From the NCBI GenBank assembly GCA_951406725.2, contig OX597818.1, positions 40,176,001-40,240,000 on the forward strand: a stretch of 64,000 nt of DNA, given 5' to 3'. Position numbers and translations under genes: made by a program. Under the pieces are notes generated by a model. It made no database searches and was not told where the DNA came from. It worked only from the letters and a program-made list of their open reading frames with translations. The number at the start of each line of letters is the position of its first letter. The first letter of the stretch is position 1. Origin of the DNA: Octopus vulgaris (taxonomy: Eukaryota). This document shows positions 10,801-23,200 of this stretch, one piece after another.

Positions 10801-13800
10801 GCTAAGGGTTGGATGGAATTTGTTGGGGTGGATATTTTTTTACAGCTGGGATGCCTTTCCTGTTGCCAACCATTTGCCTGTTGCTAAATAGGGTAAATAG
10901 TTCTCCTTGCACAGACATGTTTTCACACACAACACACACACATGCTTTACATAAACGACAGGCTTCTTTCAGTTTCCTGTCTCCCAAATCCATGCACAAG
11001 GCTTTGGTTGGGCCTAGTAGAAAATGCTTGCCAAGGTGCTATGCAATAGGACTGAACTTAACACCAAAAGGTTGAAAAGCAAGATTTTTAATTCCAGTCA
11101 CAGTTGTAAGTACGTATGCATGCATGTACACATATACATCCAAGGACACAACTACATACCTCATGTAGAGTTACATTGTCAAATCTGTATGAATTGTTAC
11201 TTAAATTTAATGTTTGCTAATTTCACATTTACAATAATACAACACAGATAGAAACACAAAAGATGATGTTAATTCTCAGAGAAATTCATGTTAATCAGAT
11301 TCTTTGTTTTTCCTATTGTTTGACAGGGAATTATCAAGTTTGAAAATGAAAGGGCCAAAGTCTTTGTAGCACTGAAAGGCAGTATTCTATGTTATTACCA
11401 CAATCAAAAGGTAGCTATTGCTTCTTTTTTTTGGTTTCATTTTACATAATAGAAGAATTCATTTCAATTTCATTATTTTCTTGATCTATCTTCCAAAGTA
11501 GTTTGCATTACATGTTAATAGAATGCTTCTTGGAATGTGAAAACAATTGTTCTCCGAATAACAATATGTCCTACTTCTTGTTTTTGTTTTGGTGCAGGAT
11601 TATGAAATTGCTTCTCCAATTCATGAGATTGACATGAAATTGGCAGCAGTGAAAGAACTTGCTCGAAATAAACTTCAATTATGCACGCATTACTGCAACA
11701 TAAAGTAAGTCTTCATTAAGTTACCTTAACACAGGATTTTGTTGCATGCTGGGTATTTACAATACACATTCTCTCGTCCTATAGTTCCAACAGTTTTGTT
11801 TATGTTTCCATTTTATTTCTGTATCCTCTGCATATCTTCTACATTTTCTGTAGTCTATCATTCTCTTTCTCTCTCTTTCTCTCATGTTCATTTATAATTG
11901 CTGCACAAGGTATACAAATATATTCTATGCAGTTTAACTTTTCGACTGTTGTACTCAATACTCAAAACAATGGAGTGAGTGAAAAAGAGATAGATAGATA
12001 GATAGATAGATAGAGAGAGAGAAAAAAAAAAGGGGCATGAAAATCTTAATGGAATATCTAATTTACAGGATTTGTCACATTAGGTAACAGAAAAAATGCT
12101 GTTTTAGATTAAATAAATATCATTATTCTAATCACCAGCATTGTTCCTGTTTTTGCTCTCCCCCCACCCCTCCTCATTATCACCACTACATGCTGCCGCC
12201 GCTGCCGCCACCACCACCATCACATCATCATCACACATTTGACCATTTTTCCCAGCTGTTGTAAAGGGAAAATTTGACAAGACAGTCACTCACCAGCTGA
12301 CACTCGCTGACGGTACATCGAAGAGGCGAGGAAACAGAAGAAAGAAGAAGAAAGAAGACATGCACCCAACACCACAGCTGAAGACACCTCTGAAAGGGGG
12401 GGGGGGCGCCACGTCAAAATGGTAGAGGAGTAGGGGCCAAAACCGGACGTGGTTCCTCCTGATGATGTCTTGAGCTAACTGGATCCTATAAAGGAGCTGT
12501 TGTGGTAGCAGACCACGAAACACGGTTGTAATTCCTGAACATAATAAAGCGTTCTGCGAATCTTTAACCTGTATCCATTTGTTGCTGTCAGGCCATCTCC
12601 ATTTTGTCTCTGCCATGTTGTATTTTCCATTAACAACTGATGATAACATGCACACTCCTTCACATCTCTCTCCGTCTCCCTCTCCTTTTTTTCCAAAATC
12701 ATTACTCAAAAGAAACTTGTACCTACTGAACAGCAAGTTAGCTTTATTATCTCCTGATGACTTTAACCCTTTCGTTACCAACTCGGCTGAAACCAGTTCT
12801 GGCTCTGAGTACAAATGTCCTGTTTTTATAAGTTTTGAATTAAAATCTTCCACCAAATCTTTGTCACAATTTATGTTCTTAACACCAGCTGAATGATAAC
12901 TAAGTTATCTTACTAAATTCTTTGTTATATTTAACCCTTTAGCATTTAAACTGGCCATATCTGGCCAGAAGTATTCTGCCTGTTTTATGTTCAAACTGAC
13001 CAGATCTGGTCTCTCACACCAACCCTACAATATCGTTTTAAAAATTAACAGCTACCTCATTAAAATCTCATAGCTACTAGATAATGCATGATTAGTTCAA
13101 AACAATGTGGATGAATAAGCATTAATTTTGGCAGAATAATGTAAACACTAAAGGGTTAAAGCAATTGAAAGAAACACAGAGCATCTCAAAATAAATACAG
13201 TAACGAAAGGGTTAAACAAGTAATGACTTGTAATAATATCAGCTTTTTATTATTATTTTTCCAGCATGATATTTGATAACACTCAGGAAATGAAAGGATG
13301 GAAAGTGGTGTTGACTAATGCAATTGACTCTGCACTAGTAGACTTACAGGTAAAAGTATTTGAATTATTGTCATCTTTTACTTCATTCTAGTTCTCATCA
13401 GATGGGTGCAGGTGTGACTGTGTGAGAATAAGTTTGCTTCCCAGCCACATGGATGCTCCACCCATGACAATTACTTCTGAGGACAACAGATGATGATTTA
13501 AAACTTCTTAATATATTGGAGAGGGGGTAGATAACCAAGGTGGGTAATTGTCCTAGGGGGTAGTTGTCATCGGGGGGAATTGTCCTATGGAGGGTAATTG
13601 TCCTGATACAGTCTGTGTGTGTGTGTGTTTTCCTTGTCTTGCCTAGCTAGTATAGATTCAGTCCCACTGTGTGGCTTCTTGGCCAAGTGTCTTCTACTGT
13701 AGCCTTGTGAGTAGATTTGGTTGATGGAAACTGAAAGAAGCCCAACATATATATCTATATAAATATATATCTGTGTGTTCCTTCTCAAGCCATGCTTGGC

Positions 13801-14408
13801 TCATAAGGGCTGGTTTCCTGATTCCTTGGCGTATAAGTTCCCCCACCTAGATGGGACGCTGGTCCATCGCAGGTGAGCTGCAAGACGCAGGAGGGAAGAG
13901 TGAGAGAAAGTTGTGGCGAAAGAGTCAGCAGAAGTTTGCCATTACCTTCTGCTGGAGCTGTGTGGAGTTCAGGTGTTTCGCTCATAAACACACACATCAC
14001 CCGGTCTGAGATTCGAACTCGCGATCCCTCGACCGCGAGTTCGCTGCTCTGACCACTAGGCCATGTGCCTCCACATACCTGTGTGTGTCTTTGTGTATAT
14101 GCTTGTCCTCCACCACCACTTGACAACTGGTGTTGATGTGTTTACATCCCTGTAACTTTGTAATTCAGCAGAAGAGAGCGATAGAATAACTACCAAGCTT
14201 AGAGAAAAAGAAGTTCTGGGATTGATTAGTTTGACTAAAATTTCTTCAAGGCAGTGCCTCAGCATGGCCACAGTCTGACTGAAACAAGTGAATGATAAAA
14301 GCAGAAGACACTTGCTCAACTTGCCATGCAGTAGGATTGAATCCAAAACCATGTGGTTGATAAGTAAGCTTCTTAGAACACATCTATAGCTATGCCTATA
14401 CATACATA

Positions 14409-14461
<53 letters not shown>

Positions 14462-14728
14462 CAGAGATGTACTCGCATAGCAAGTGATTTGATCTGAGAT
14501 CGTGTGCTGAAACGAAAACAATTGCAGCGTGGAAGGTGTTTGTAAGCCATTTAAGAAACATGCAAAAGCCGTGACAAAAATCCGTGCAGCACGGATTTTT
14601 GTCAGTGAACAGGTCACGGTCTTAAAGCGACGAAAATATTTTGACAAATTAAACTTAAATGTTGAAGTGAATCGAACGGCTTTTGTGTGTTTCTTAAATG
14701 GCTTACAAACACCTTCCACGCTGCAATT

Positions 14729-14770
<42 letters not shown>

Positions 14771-14994
14771 TGGCATGGCTGTGCGGTTAGGTAGCTTGCT
14801 TCCTGGCTATGTGGTTTCGGGTTCAATCCCACTGCATGGCACTTTGGGCAGGTGTCTTCTACTATAGTCCTGAGCCGACTGAAGCTTTGTGATTGAATAC
14901 GGTAGATGGAAGTTACTGCCGTGTGTGTATATGTGCGTGTAGGTGCTCAGTGCCTCTCCGAAAAAGAGAGAGGGATATGTGTGTATGTATGTGT

Positions 14995-15046
<52 letters not shown>

Positions 15047-18000
15047 ATGTTTATATATATATGTGTGTGTGTGTATGTGTAATATATATATATGTTTGCA
15101 CCAGCCAAAATCTTCTGAGTGGATTTGGTAGATGGAAACTGAAAGAAGCCCATTGTATATATATACATTTATTTTTGTGCGTGTTGTGTGTCTGTGTTTG
15201 TTCTCCCACCCTCACTCGAGAACTTAGCAGTTCGGCAAAAGAGACCGAATGGAATAAGTACTAGGCTTAGGAAAAATAAGTCTTGGGGTTGATTTGTTTG
15301 AGTAAAGGCAGTGCTCCAGCATGGCTGCAGTCAGACAAGTAAAAGAATAAACGAATATATATGTGTGTGTGTGTGTGTGTTTGTATGTCTACCTGCTGGA
15401 AATAAATCAAAACTCTTATTTCCTGCAGGTAGACATACTTACTATGTCCTTTTATTAATTTTAATCCTTCAAATTTATATATCATCATCATCGTTTAGTG
15501 TCCGCTTTCCATGCTAGCATGGGTTGGACGGTTCCACTGGGGTCTGGGAAGCCAGAAGGCTGCACCAGGCCCAGTTTGATCTGGCATTGTTTCTACGGCT
15601 GGATGCCCTTCCTAACGCCAACCACTCCATGAGTGTAGTGGGTGCTTTTTACGTGCCAGACGTATCTGGCAAACGGCCACGATCGGATGGTGCTTTTTAC
15701 GTGCCACCGGCACGGGGGCCAGGCGAGGCTGGCAATGGCCACGAACGGATGGTGCTCTTTACGTGCCATCGGCACGGGGGCCAGGCGAGGCTGGCAATGG
15801 CATATATATATATATATATATGTATATATATGTTTGTGTGTGCATGTGTACTTACTTGCATTAACAATGGGATGTGTGTTTGGGTTTGTGTCCCATGCGT
15901 ATGGGAAAGCTTACACTTTCCTGTTGAGGGCTTATATGCTCCATTATCACGTGATTGTTATAAGCTTTAAGCTTATAAAAGAAATACCATTATTATTATT
16001 TACAGAATGTGTGAGTGTGTGTGTCTGTGTGTATATATGGTTATGCATGTGTGTGTATACATACATACATATAATCATCATCATCAAACGTCTGTTTTCC
16101 ATGCTAGCGTGGGTTATAATAGAAATATGTTGCAAAAATAAAATAGAGCCTACATGTGGTAATGTAAGGGGAAAGTAAGAGAAATAGACGAAAATGCACA
16201 TTGTAAATATAAAAAAAAGTAAAAGCTTTTTATGCAAAGTAACAAAAGATATATACAATTAGATGAACTGAGGTAGGAATAAAAGTAACAAAAGTCATTG
16301 TGAAATTTTTGAAGAGATTCAAGCATACCGGTTTTGTAAGTTAGTAATCTTTGCTTTGAATGCAACTCATTGCTTTTTGCTTTGAATGCACACCAATTAA
16401 TGGATGGTGTCAGGTCTAATAGCTCCTGAGAAAAAAGATTATTTGTAAGGGAGGTAAGTAGTTCTGGATTTGGTGCAATTAGGTTAGATATAGAATTGTA
16501 ATGTGAATGGTGTATGGAATGTATGGGGGTTAGTGGTATTAATTGAAAGGTTAGTAGTGTTCTGTATTATGTTATGTGTTCATATTTAGTTGGGGAAGAT
16601 ATTTATTGATGAAAGTTGCCTCTTTATTCATTCTTTGTTGCATTGAGGTGTTCTGTGAACATTGATAGAATGGGAAAATTTAGCACCCACTACACTCTTG
16701 GAGTGGTTGGCGTTAAGAAGGGCATCCAGCTGTAGAAACTCTGCCAGATCAAGACTGGAGCCTGGTGCAGCCATCTGGTTTGCCAGCCCTCAGTCAAAAT
16801 CGTCCAACCCATGCTAGCATGGAAAGTGAATGTTAAACAATGATGATGATATATATACATATCATCATCATCATCATCATCATTTAACGTCCGCTCTCCA
16901 TGCTAGCATAGGTTGGACGGTTCAACTGGTGTCTGGGGAGCCTGAAGGCTGCACCAGGCCAGTCAGATCTGGCAGTGTTTCTACAGCTGGATGCCCTTCC
17001 TAACGCCAACCACTCCGAGAGTGTAGTGGGTGATTTTATGTGCCACCGACACAGGTGCCAGACGAGGCTGGCGGACGGCCACGCTCGGATGGTGTTTTTA
17101 TGTGCCACCGACACAGGTGCCAGACAAGGCTGGCAGACGACCACGCTCGGATGGTGTTTTTTATGTGCCACCGACACAGGTGCCAGACGAGGCTGGCGAA
17201 CGGCCACGCTTGGATGGTGTTTTTATGTGCCACCGACACAGGTGCCAGACGAGGCTGGCGAACGGCCACACTCGGATGGTGTTTTTATGTGCCACCGACA
17301 CAGGTGCCAGACAAGGCTAGCAGACGACCACGCTCGGATGGTGTTTTTTATGTGCCACCGACACAGGTGCCAGACGAGGCTGGCGAACGGCCACGCTCGG
17401 ATGGTGTTTTTATGTGCCACCGACACAGGTGCCAGACAAGGCTGGCAGACGACCACGCTCGGATGGTGTTTTTTATGTGCCACCGACACAGGTGCCAGAC
17501 GAGGCTGGCGAACGGCCACGCTCGGATGGTGTTTTTATGTGCCACCGACACAGGTGCCAGACAAGACTAGCAGACGACCACGCTCGGATGGTGTTTTTAT
17601 GTGCCACCGACACAGGTGCCAGACGAGGCTGGCGAACGGCCACGCTCGGATGGTGTTTTTATGTGCCACCGACACAGGTGCCAGACAAGGCTAGCAGACG
17701 ACCACGCTCGGATGGTGTTTTTTTTATGTGCCACCGACACAGGTGCCAGACGAGGCTGGCGAACGGCCACGCTCGGATGGTGTTTTTATGTGCCACCGAC
17801 ACAGGTGCCAGACAAGGCTAGCAGACGACCACGCTCGGATGGTGTTTTTTTATGTGCCACCCACACAGGAGCCATATTAGGCTGGCGATCGGCCACGATT
17901 GGATGGTGATTGTTACGTGCCCACAGCATGGAGGCCAGTCGGTGCGGTACTGGCTACGCCCACGTTCGGATGGTATTCTTGTGTGCCACCGGCACTGGTA

Positions 18001-18170
18001 CCACAAAGATACAAATTCCATTGATGTTCATCTATTTTGATTTTGTTTGATTTTCACTTGCCTCAACAGGTCTTCACAAGTGTCACAAGAAGGAAGGTAT
18101 GCACAGGTGGACTGACTACGTCCTAGGTAGGGGCCACGGGTTATGGCCTGACTAGTCTTGCCGGGTCATG

Positions 18171-18203
<33 letters not shown>

Positions 18204-20225
18204 TTACCTATACCTGCCTGCTTGCAAATGACTCTGGCTGGACTGTACTGTTGATAAAATCTAATTCTTTGGCATGCATGTATTTATTTTGGTATACATA
18301 TGTTCAAATTTCAGATTGCAAGAAAAATCTGGGAGAACAATAGCAACAAACATTGTGCTGACTGTGGAATGGAAGGTAAGCCATATCATATTCCTGATTT
18401 CAAAGCCATTGGAAAGAGAGAAGTTGTTTTCTTTGTTTTTATAGATTTAGATAAAGATTTGTTAGTTTTGTGTTAAAACAGTCAATAATTTCTTGCTATT
18501 AATTAGAAGGTAATGTCCCAGTGCTTCAGCTCCCTGCCACTATTTTTTCACTGTTCACAAACTCATTTAAAGCCATTTTATGTCATTTGCATTATTAATA
18601 ATAATCCTGGAAAAAGCACGGGCCTTATGCCTTCATATTGCTCTTGTTCTGAAATATCGATGCCCCTGTACTTTGTTTCAAAGAGAGCAATGTTTTCTGG
18701 TTTAACTTCTAGTGATCATCAGGATCACTTAACACGTTAACTGCCACAACCTGTTTCTGGAACTCGGTGGAACCACCAAGTAGTTTTGATCACACTGTAA
18801 GCTGTTTAATTTACACGAATGTATATAAACAGGAGATACAAATATTGCAGGCACTCCCCCCCCACACTAACTAACTAAACATAGATGCACATAGAGATAT
18901 ATGCATGCGCAAATGAAGACACATACAATAGAAATACAAAATACAAAATAGCTGACCGTTAGTAAGGAGAGACACACAAATAAGAAAGAAGAAAGCAAAG
19001 GACCACTGATGCGGTCACAGGAGTGTGACGAAAGAACTCTGGCCGAAATAAGATCAAGATTAATGTAAAAAATAAATAACGCTGAAGCAAAGTAACACCA
19101 AATATATAGTGCGTGTGTTTTTATTGGCTAAACTGGCAAAATGACCATTCCAAAATACAACAATAATATTTTTGCATTTTCACAATATTTCATAATTAAG
19201 CTTTAATATTAAGCACTCATGTTATATAAATATCCTTGAAATAATTTCAAAGAGACAGAATAAAATAATTTCTCAAATTATAAAAATATACCTCTGTGAT
19301 GCTTATGGTGGTTGTGTGAAGTTTGTGATGAACCATCAGTGGTACATATGGCAGTTAATGTGTTAATTAATGCTTGTGTTCCATGCTGTTTTGACAGGAT
19401 CTGTTGGGCCCAAGGGCTGCACGAGGGTCCAGTATTTGATTCGAGATGGTTCCTATGATTGGATGCCCTTCTTATCACTATCCACTTTACAGCATTTACT
19501 GAATACTTTTTCAGTGCTACATGTGCTAGTGAGGTCATCATGCAGTTTGAAAGAGTACAAACTGGGGTAACGTCATGCTGGGAGATGAGGGACAAAAGAT
19601 GGGTAAATGTATGGGAGAGAGCTGCATCATGGTACATCAGTTTGCACTAGTGTACACAAACATGCATATACACACATGTATATATACACATGCATATGAC
19701 ACATGCACACATGTGCAGGTAATGTTCTTCTTCACATACTCCAGCCAAATTGGATGCACAAACATTAAAAACATTGGTTGACTCAAGGTTACAATAGAAA
19801 ACATTTGTCCAAGCTTTTCATTGGGATCAAACCCAGAACCACAAAACTATGAACTGAACTCCTTAAACACATGAATATGCCTGAATTCATTTAAATAAGG
19901 AACAACTCAAACCTCTGAATTATTCTAACAATGTTTTTACTTTACTTCAGAACCAACTTGGGCTGCTATAGACCTAGGCATGGTGTTTTGTTTGAAATGT
20001 TCAGGTGAGATTTTGTTAATTATTTTTTATTAAAGTTTTTAATAAGATTGTTAATTTCATCATCATTGCCATTGTTGTTGTTCCTATCACTATCATTATT
20101 GATATTTAATATTTATATGAAGACAAACTCAAAATGGGGCTTCTAAGCAGACCTTGTAGAAATAGCTTGCATACCTCCTGCAAATCTTATGGGACTATGT
20201 TGTAAGATTAATTGAATAATGCAAT

Positions 20226-20273
<48 letters not shown>

Positions 20274-23200
20274 CGGGAAGCTTTATGAAAATAAACAAAA
20301 GACGAAGGCAGGTGGAAAACAAACGAACAATTGTATTAGTATGGCGCTCAGGAAATATAAATAAAACAAGTCTTTAACGTTTCGAGCCTACGCTCTTCAA
20401 CAGAAAGATACACAGAGAGAGAAAAACACAGAAAGAAGGAGAGAAAAAAAATGCGTGCAGTAGCTATGCACCAAACTGCACTGTCTATTTTGGCATGGCT
20501 GGTTTGGCTGGGCACAGGAATGGTGCCCGGTGAGGAAATGACTAATTCTAACGTAATGCTTTAAGATTAAAGTCAGTGCTAGACAAGTGCAACTACAGTC
20601 TTCTATTTTAGTTTCTATAAGAAACATTTGTGTAGTGCCAATTACTGTCTTAATAAATTTTTCCAAATTTAATACAGAGCCATAGATTTGGGGAAAAATG
20701 AAACTAGACTGACACTTAATTTTGTCAGTCTCCAAAAAAGACAAAACGCAAAGTTAGCCCTGGTAGGATTTGAACTCAGAATGTAAAGAGCTGGAACAAA
20801 TTCTGCGAAGCATTTTATCTTTAACCATTTCTTGATTATTTAAAAAATTTATCTAAATTTGTGAATAGTTTACTTCCCCAGAAATATGATTGCAAAAGGG
20901 CTAATCTATGATGCTATATCTGAACATTTGTGTGCAGCTTTTACTAGTTTGGTGGAAGAAGTGCCAATGTTATATTCAATATTTCAAATATTGTAGTGTA
21001 TAGTGCACCTGAGTACTATAAACAATAATTTCATTATTATAACATATTAACTCTTCTTGTTTTCCTTTCTCTTCTTTTTGTTACTGCTCCTTTGGGTTTC
21101 AAGTTGGTTTGGGAATATTTTGTATCTTCTTTTGTGTTATTTTCTTCAGGAATTCATCGAGATTTTAATGTGGTGAAGTCAATGACTTTGGATGTTAAAG
21201 TATGGACTACGTCACTAATAGAAGTAAGTTGTATTTGTATTCATTAAAAGAATTTTCATGTTTGATAATTATAAACTTGCTTCTTGCATGCCTGTACACG
21301 TGTCCGTACGCACACACACTCATACTTTCTCTCTCAGTCTCTCTCTCTGTTTCTCTGTATCTCTCTCTCTCTCTCTCTGTATCTCTCTCAGTCTCTCTCT
21401 CTCTTTCTTAGTCTCTCTCTCTCAGTCTCTCTCTCTCTTTCTCAGTCTCTCTCTCTCTTTCTCAGTCTCTCTCTCTCTCTCAGTCTCTCTCTCTTAGTCT
21501 CTCTTCGTGTCTCTCTCAGTCTCTCTCTCTCTCTCTAGATGGAAACTAAAAGAAGCCCATGATATATATATATATATATATATATTTGTGTGTGTCTGAG
21601 TTTGTCCCTCACCACTGCTTGATAGCTGGTGTTAATGTGTTTACTTCTCAATAACTTAGTGGTCTGGCAAAAGAGACTGATAAAATAAGTTCCTGTCTTT
21701 AAAAAAAGTAAGTACTGGGGTTGATTCATTTGACTAAAAATTCTTCATGGCAGTGCCCCAGCATGGCCATAGTCTTATGACTGAAACAAGTGAAAGATAA
21801 AAGATATGCTATGTTTTGACTGTTAAGAGCTGAAAAATAATCAGAAGATACAAAATACATCATCGTAATTTTAATTTCATTTTCTTTTTGAAACTTTGCA
21901 GGTACTTCTTAGAATTGGCAACGAGAATGCAAATAACTTTTGGGAATTTAATAAAAATCCAGACTTTGTCATTGACTGGGACACGAATGAAGCAGAACGT
22001 AAGCTGTTTATTGAAAATAAGTACAAGAATAAAGCTTTTGTCAACTATTATCATTGTTATAAAAACCATGAAGAGCTAAATGAGGTAAGTGCAGTTGTTT
22101 ATTTGTTTTTTGTTTATATATTTATTAACTGAATATGGTTTGGATGGAAATGGTAAGTTAGAAAGCTGTACCAGGTGCCAGTGTGATTTTGGCTTGGTTT
22201 CTACAGCTAGATGCCCTTCCTAATGCCAACCACTCCAATAGTGTAGTGGGTGCTTTTGTGTATCACCAGCACAAGTGCTGTTACGTATCTCCGACATGGG
22301 TGCTGTTATGTGTCACCTGCTTAGGTGCTGTTATGTGTCACCTGCACAGGTGCTGTTACGTGTCACTGGCACGGTTGCTGTTACATGTCACCTGCTCAGG
22401 TGCTGTTATGTGTCACTGGCACGGGTGCTGTGATGTGTCGCCAGCATGGATGCTATTACGTGTCACTGGCATGGGTACTTAAAAATATATATATATATAT
22501 ATTCAAGCGAGGTCGTTGCCAGTGCTGCTGGACTGGCTCCTGTGCAGGTGGCCCATTAAAAACACCATTTGAGCGTAGATGTTGCCAGTACTGCCTGATT
22601 GGCCCTCGTGCTAGTGGCACGTAAAAGCACCCACTACACTCTCCGAGTGGTTCGCATTAGGAAGGGCATCCAACTGTAGAAACTCTGCCAAATCAGATTG
22701 GAGTCTGGTGCAGCCATCTGGTTCGCCAGTCCTCAGTCAAATCATCCAACCCATGCTAGCATGGAAAGCAGACATTAAATGATGATGATGAACTAAACAA
22801 AACAAACAATAGGTGTGTTGCTTGTCATTTTGAAGACTGCTTCATTAAGATTGATCTGGAATTTAACAAGCTTGTCTGATGTCTATAGATGCTATAGAAA
22901 CTGACTTTGGTACCTTGGGCAAGTGTCTTGTACTATGGCCTTGGGCTGACCGGAGCATTGTGATTGGATTTGGTAATTGGAAACTGAAAGTCTGTCATGT
23001 GCATGTGTGTGTTATGGCAGTCATGTCTCCAAAAAACAGATCTATTACAGGATGATGATATGATAATAATGGTGAATAAATGATTATTATTTATGTGTAT
23101 ATGCATTTATTTGAAATCTCATTTCATCTGTTATAGGCCCTCCTAAAAGCTGCACAGGAAGATGATATACTGAAGACAATGAGAATTCTGTATTCAGGAG

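Noticed and set aside
12290-12896. 188-aa and 105-aa ORFs
   Set aside because: They cross the boundary between an LTR-like repeat and a MITE and show no recognisable domain.
15524-16258. ORFs of 103-178 aa
   Set aside because: They are translations of family B UTR and CA/TA microsatellite, and the same pseudo-peptides recur wherever the repeat occurs.
17039-17870. CRISPR-like regular array and the many long overlapping ORFs across it
   Set aside because: The variable parts are two recurring variants, not unique spacers. There are no cas genes and the context is a eukaryotic intron. The ORFs are by-products of a stop-poor tandem repeat.
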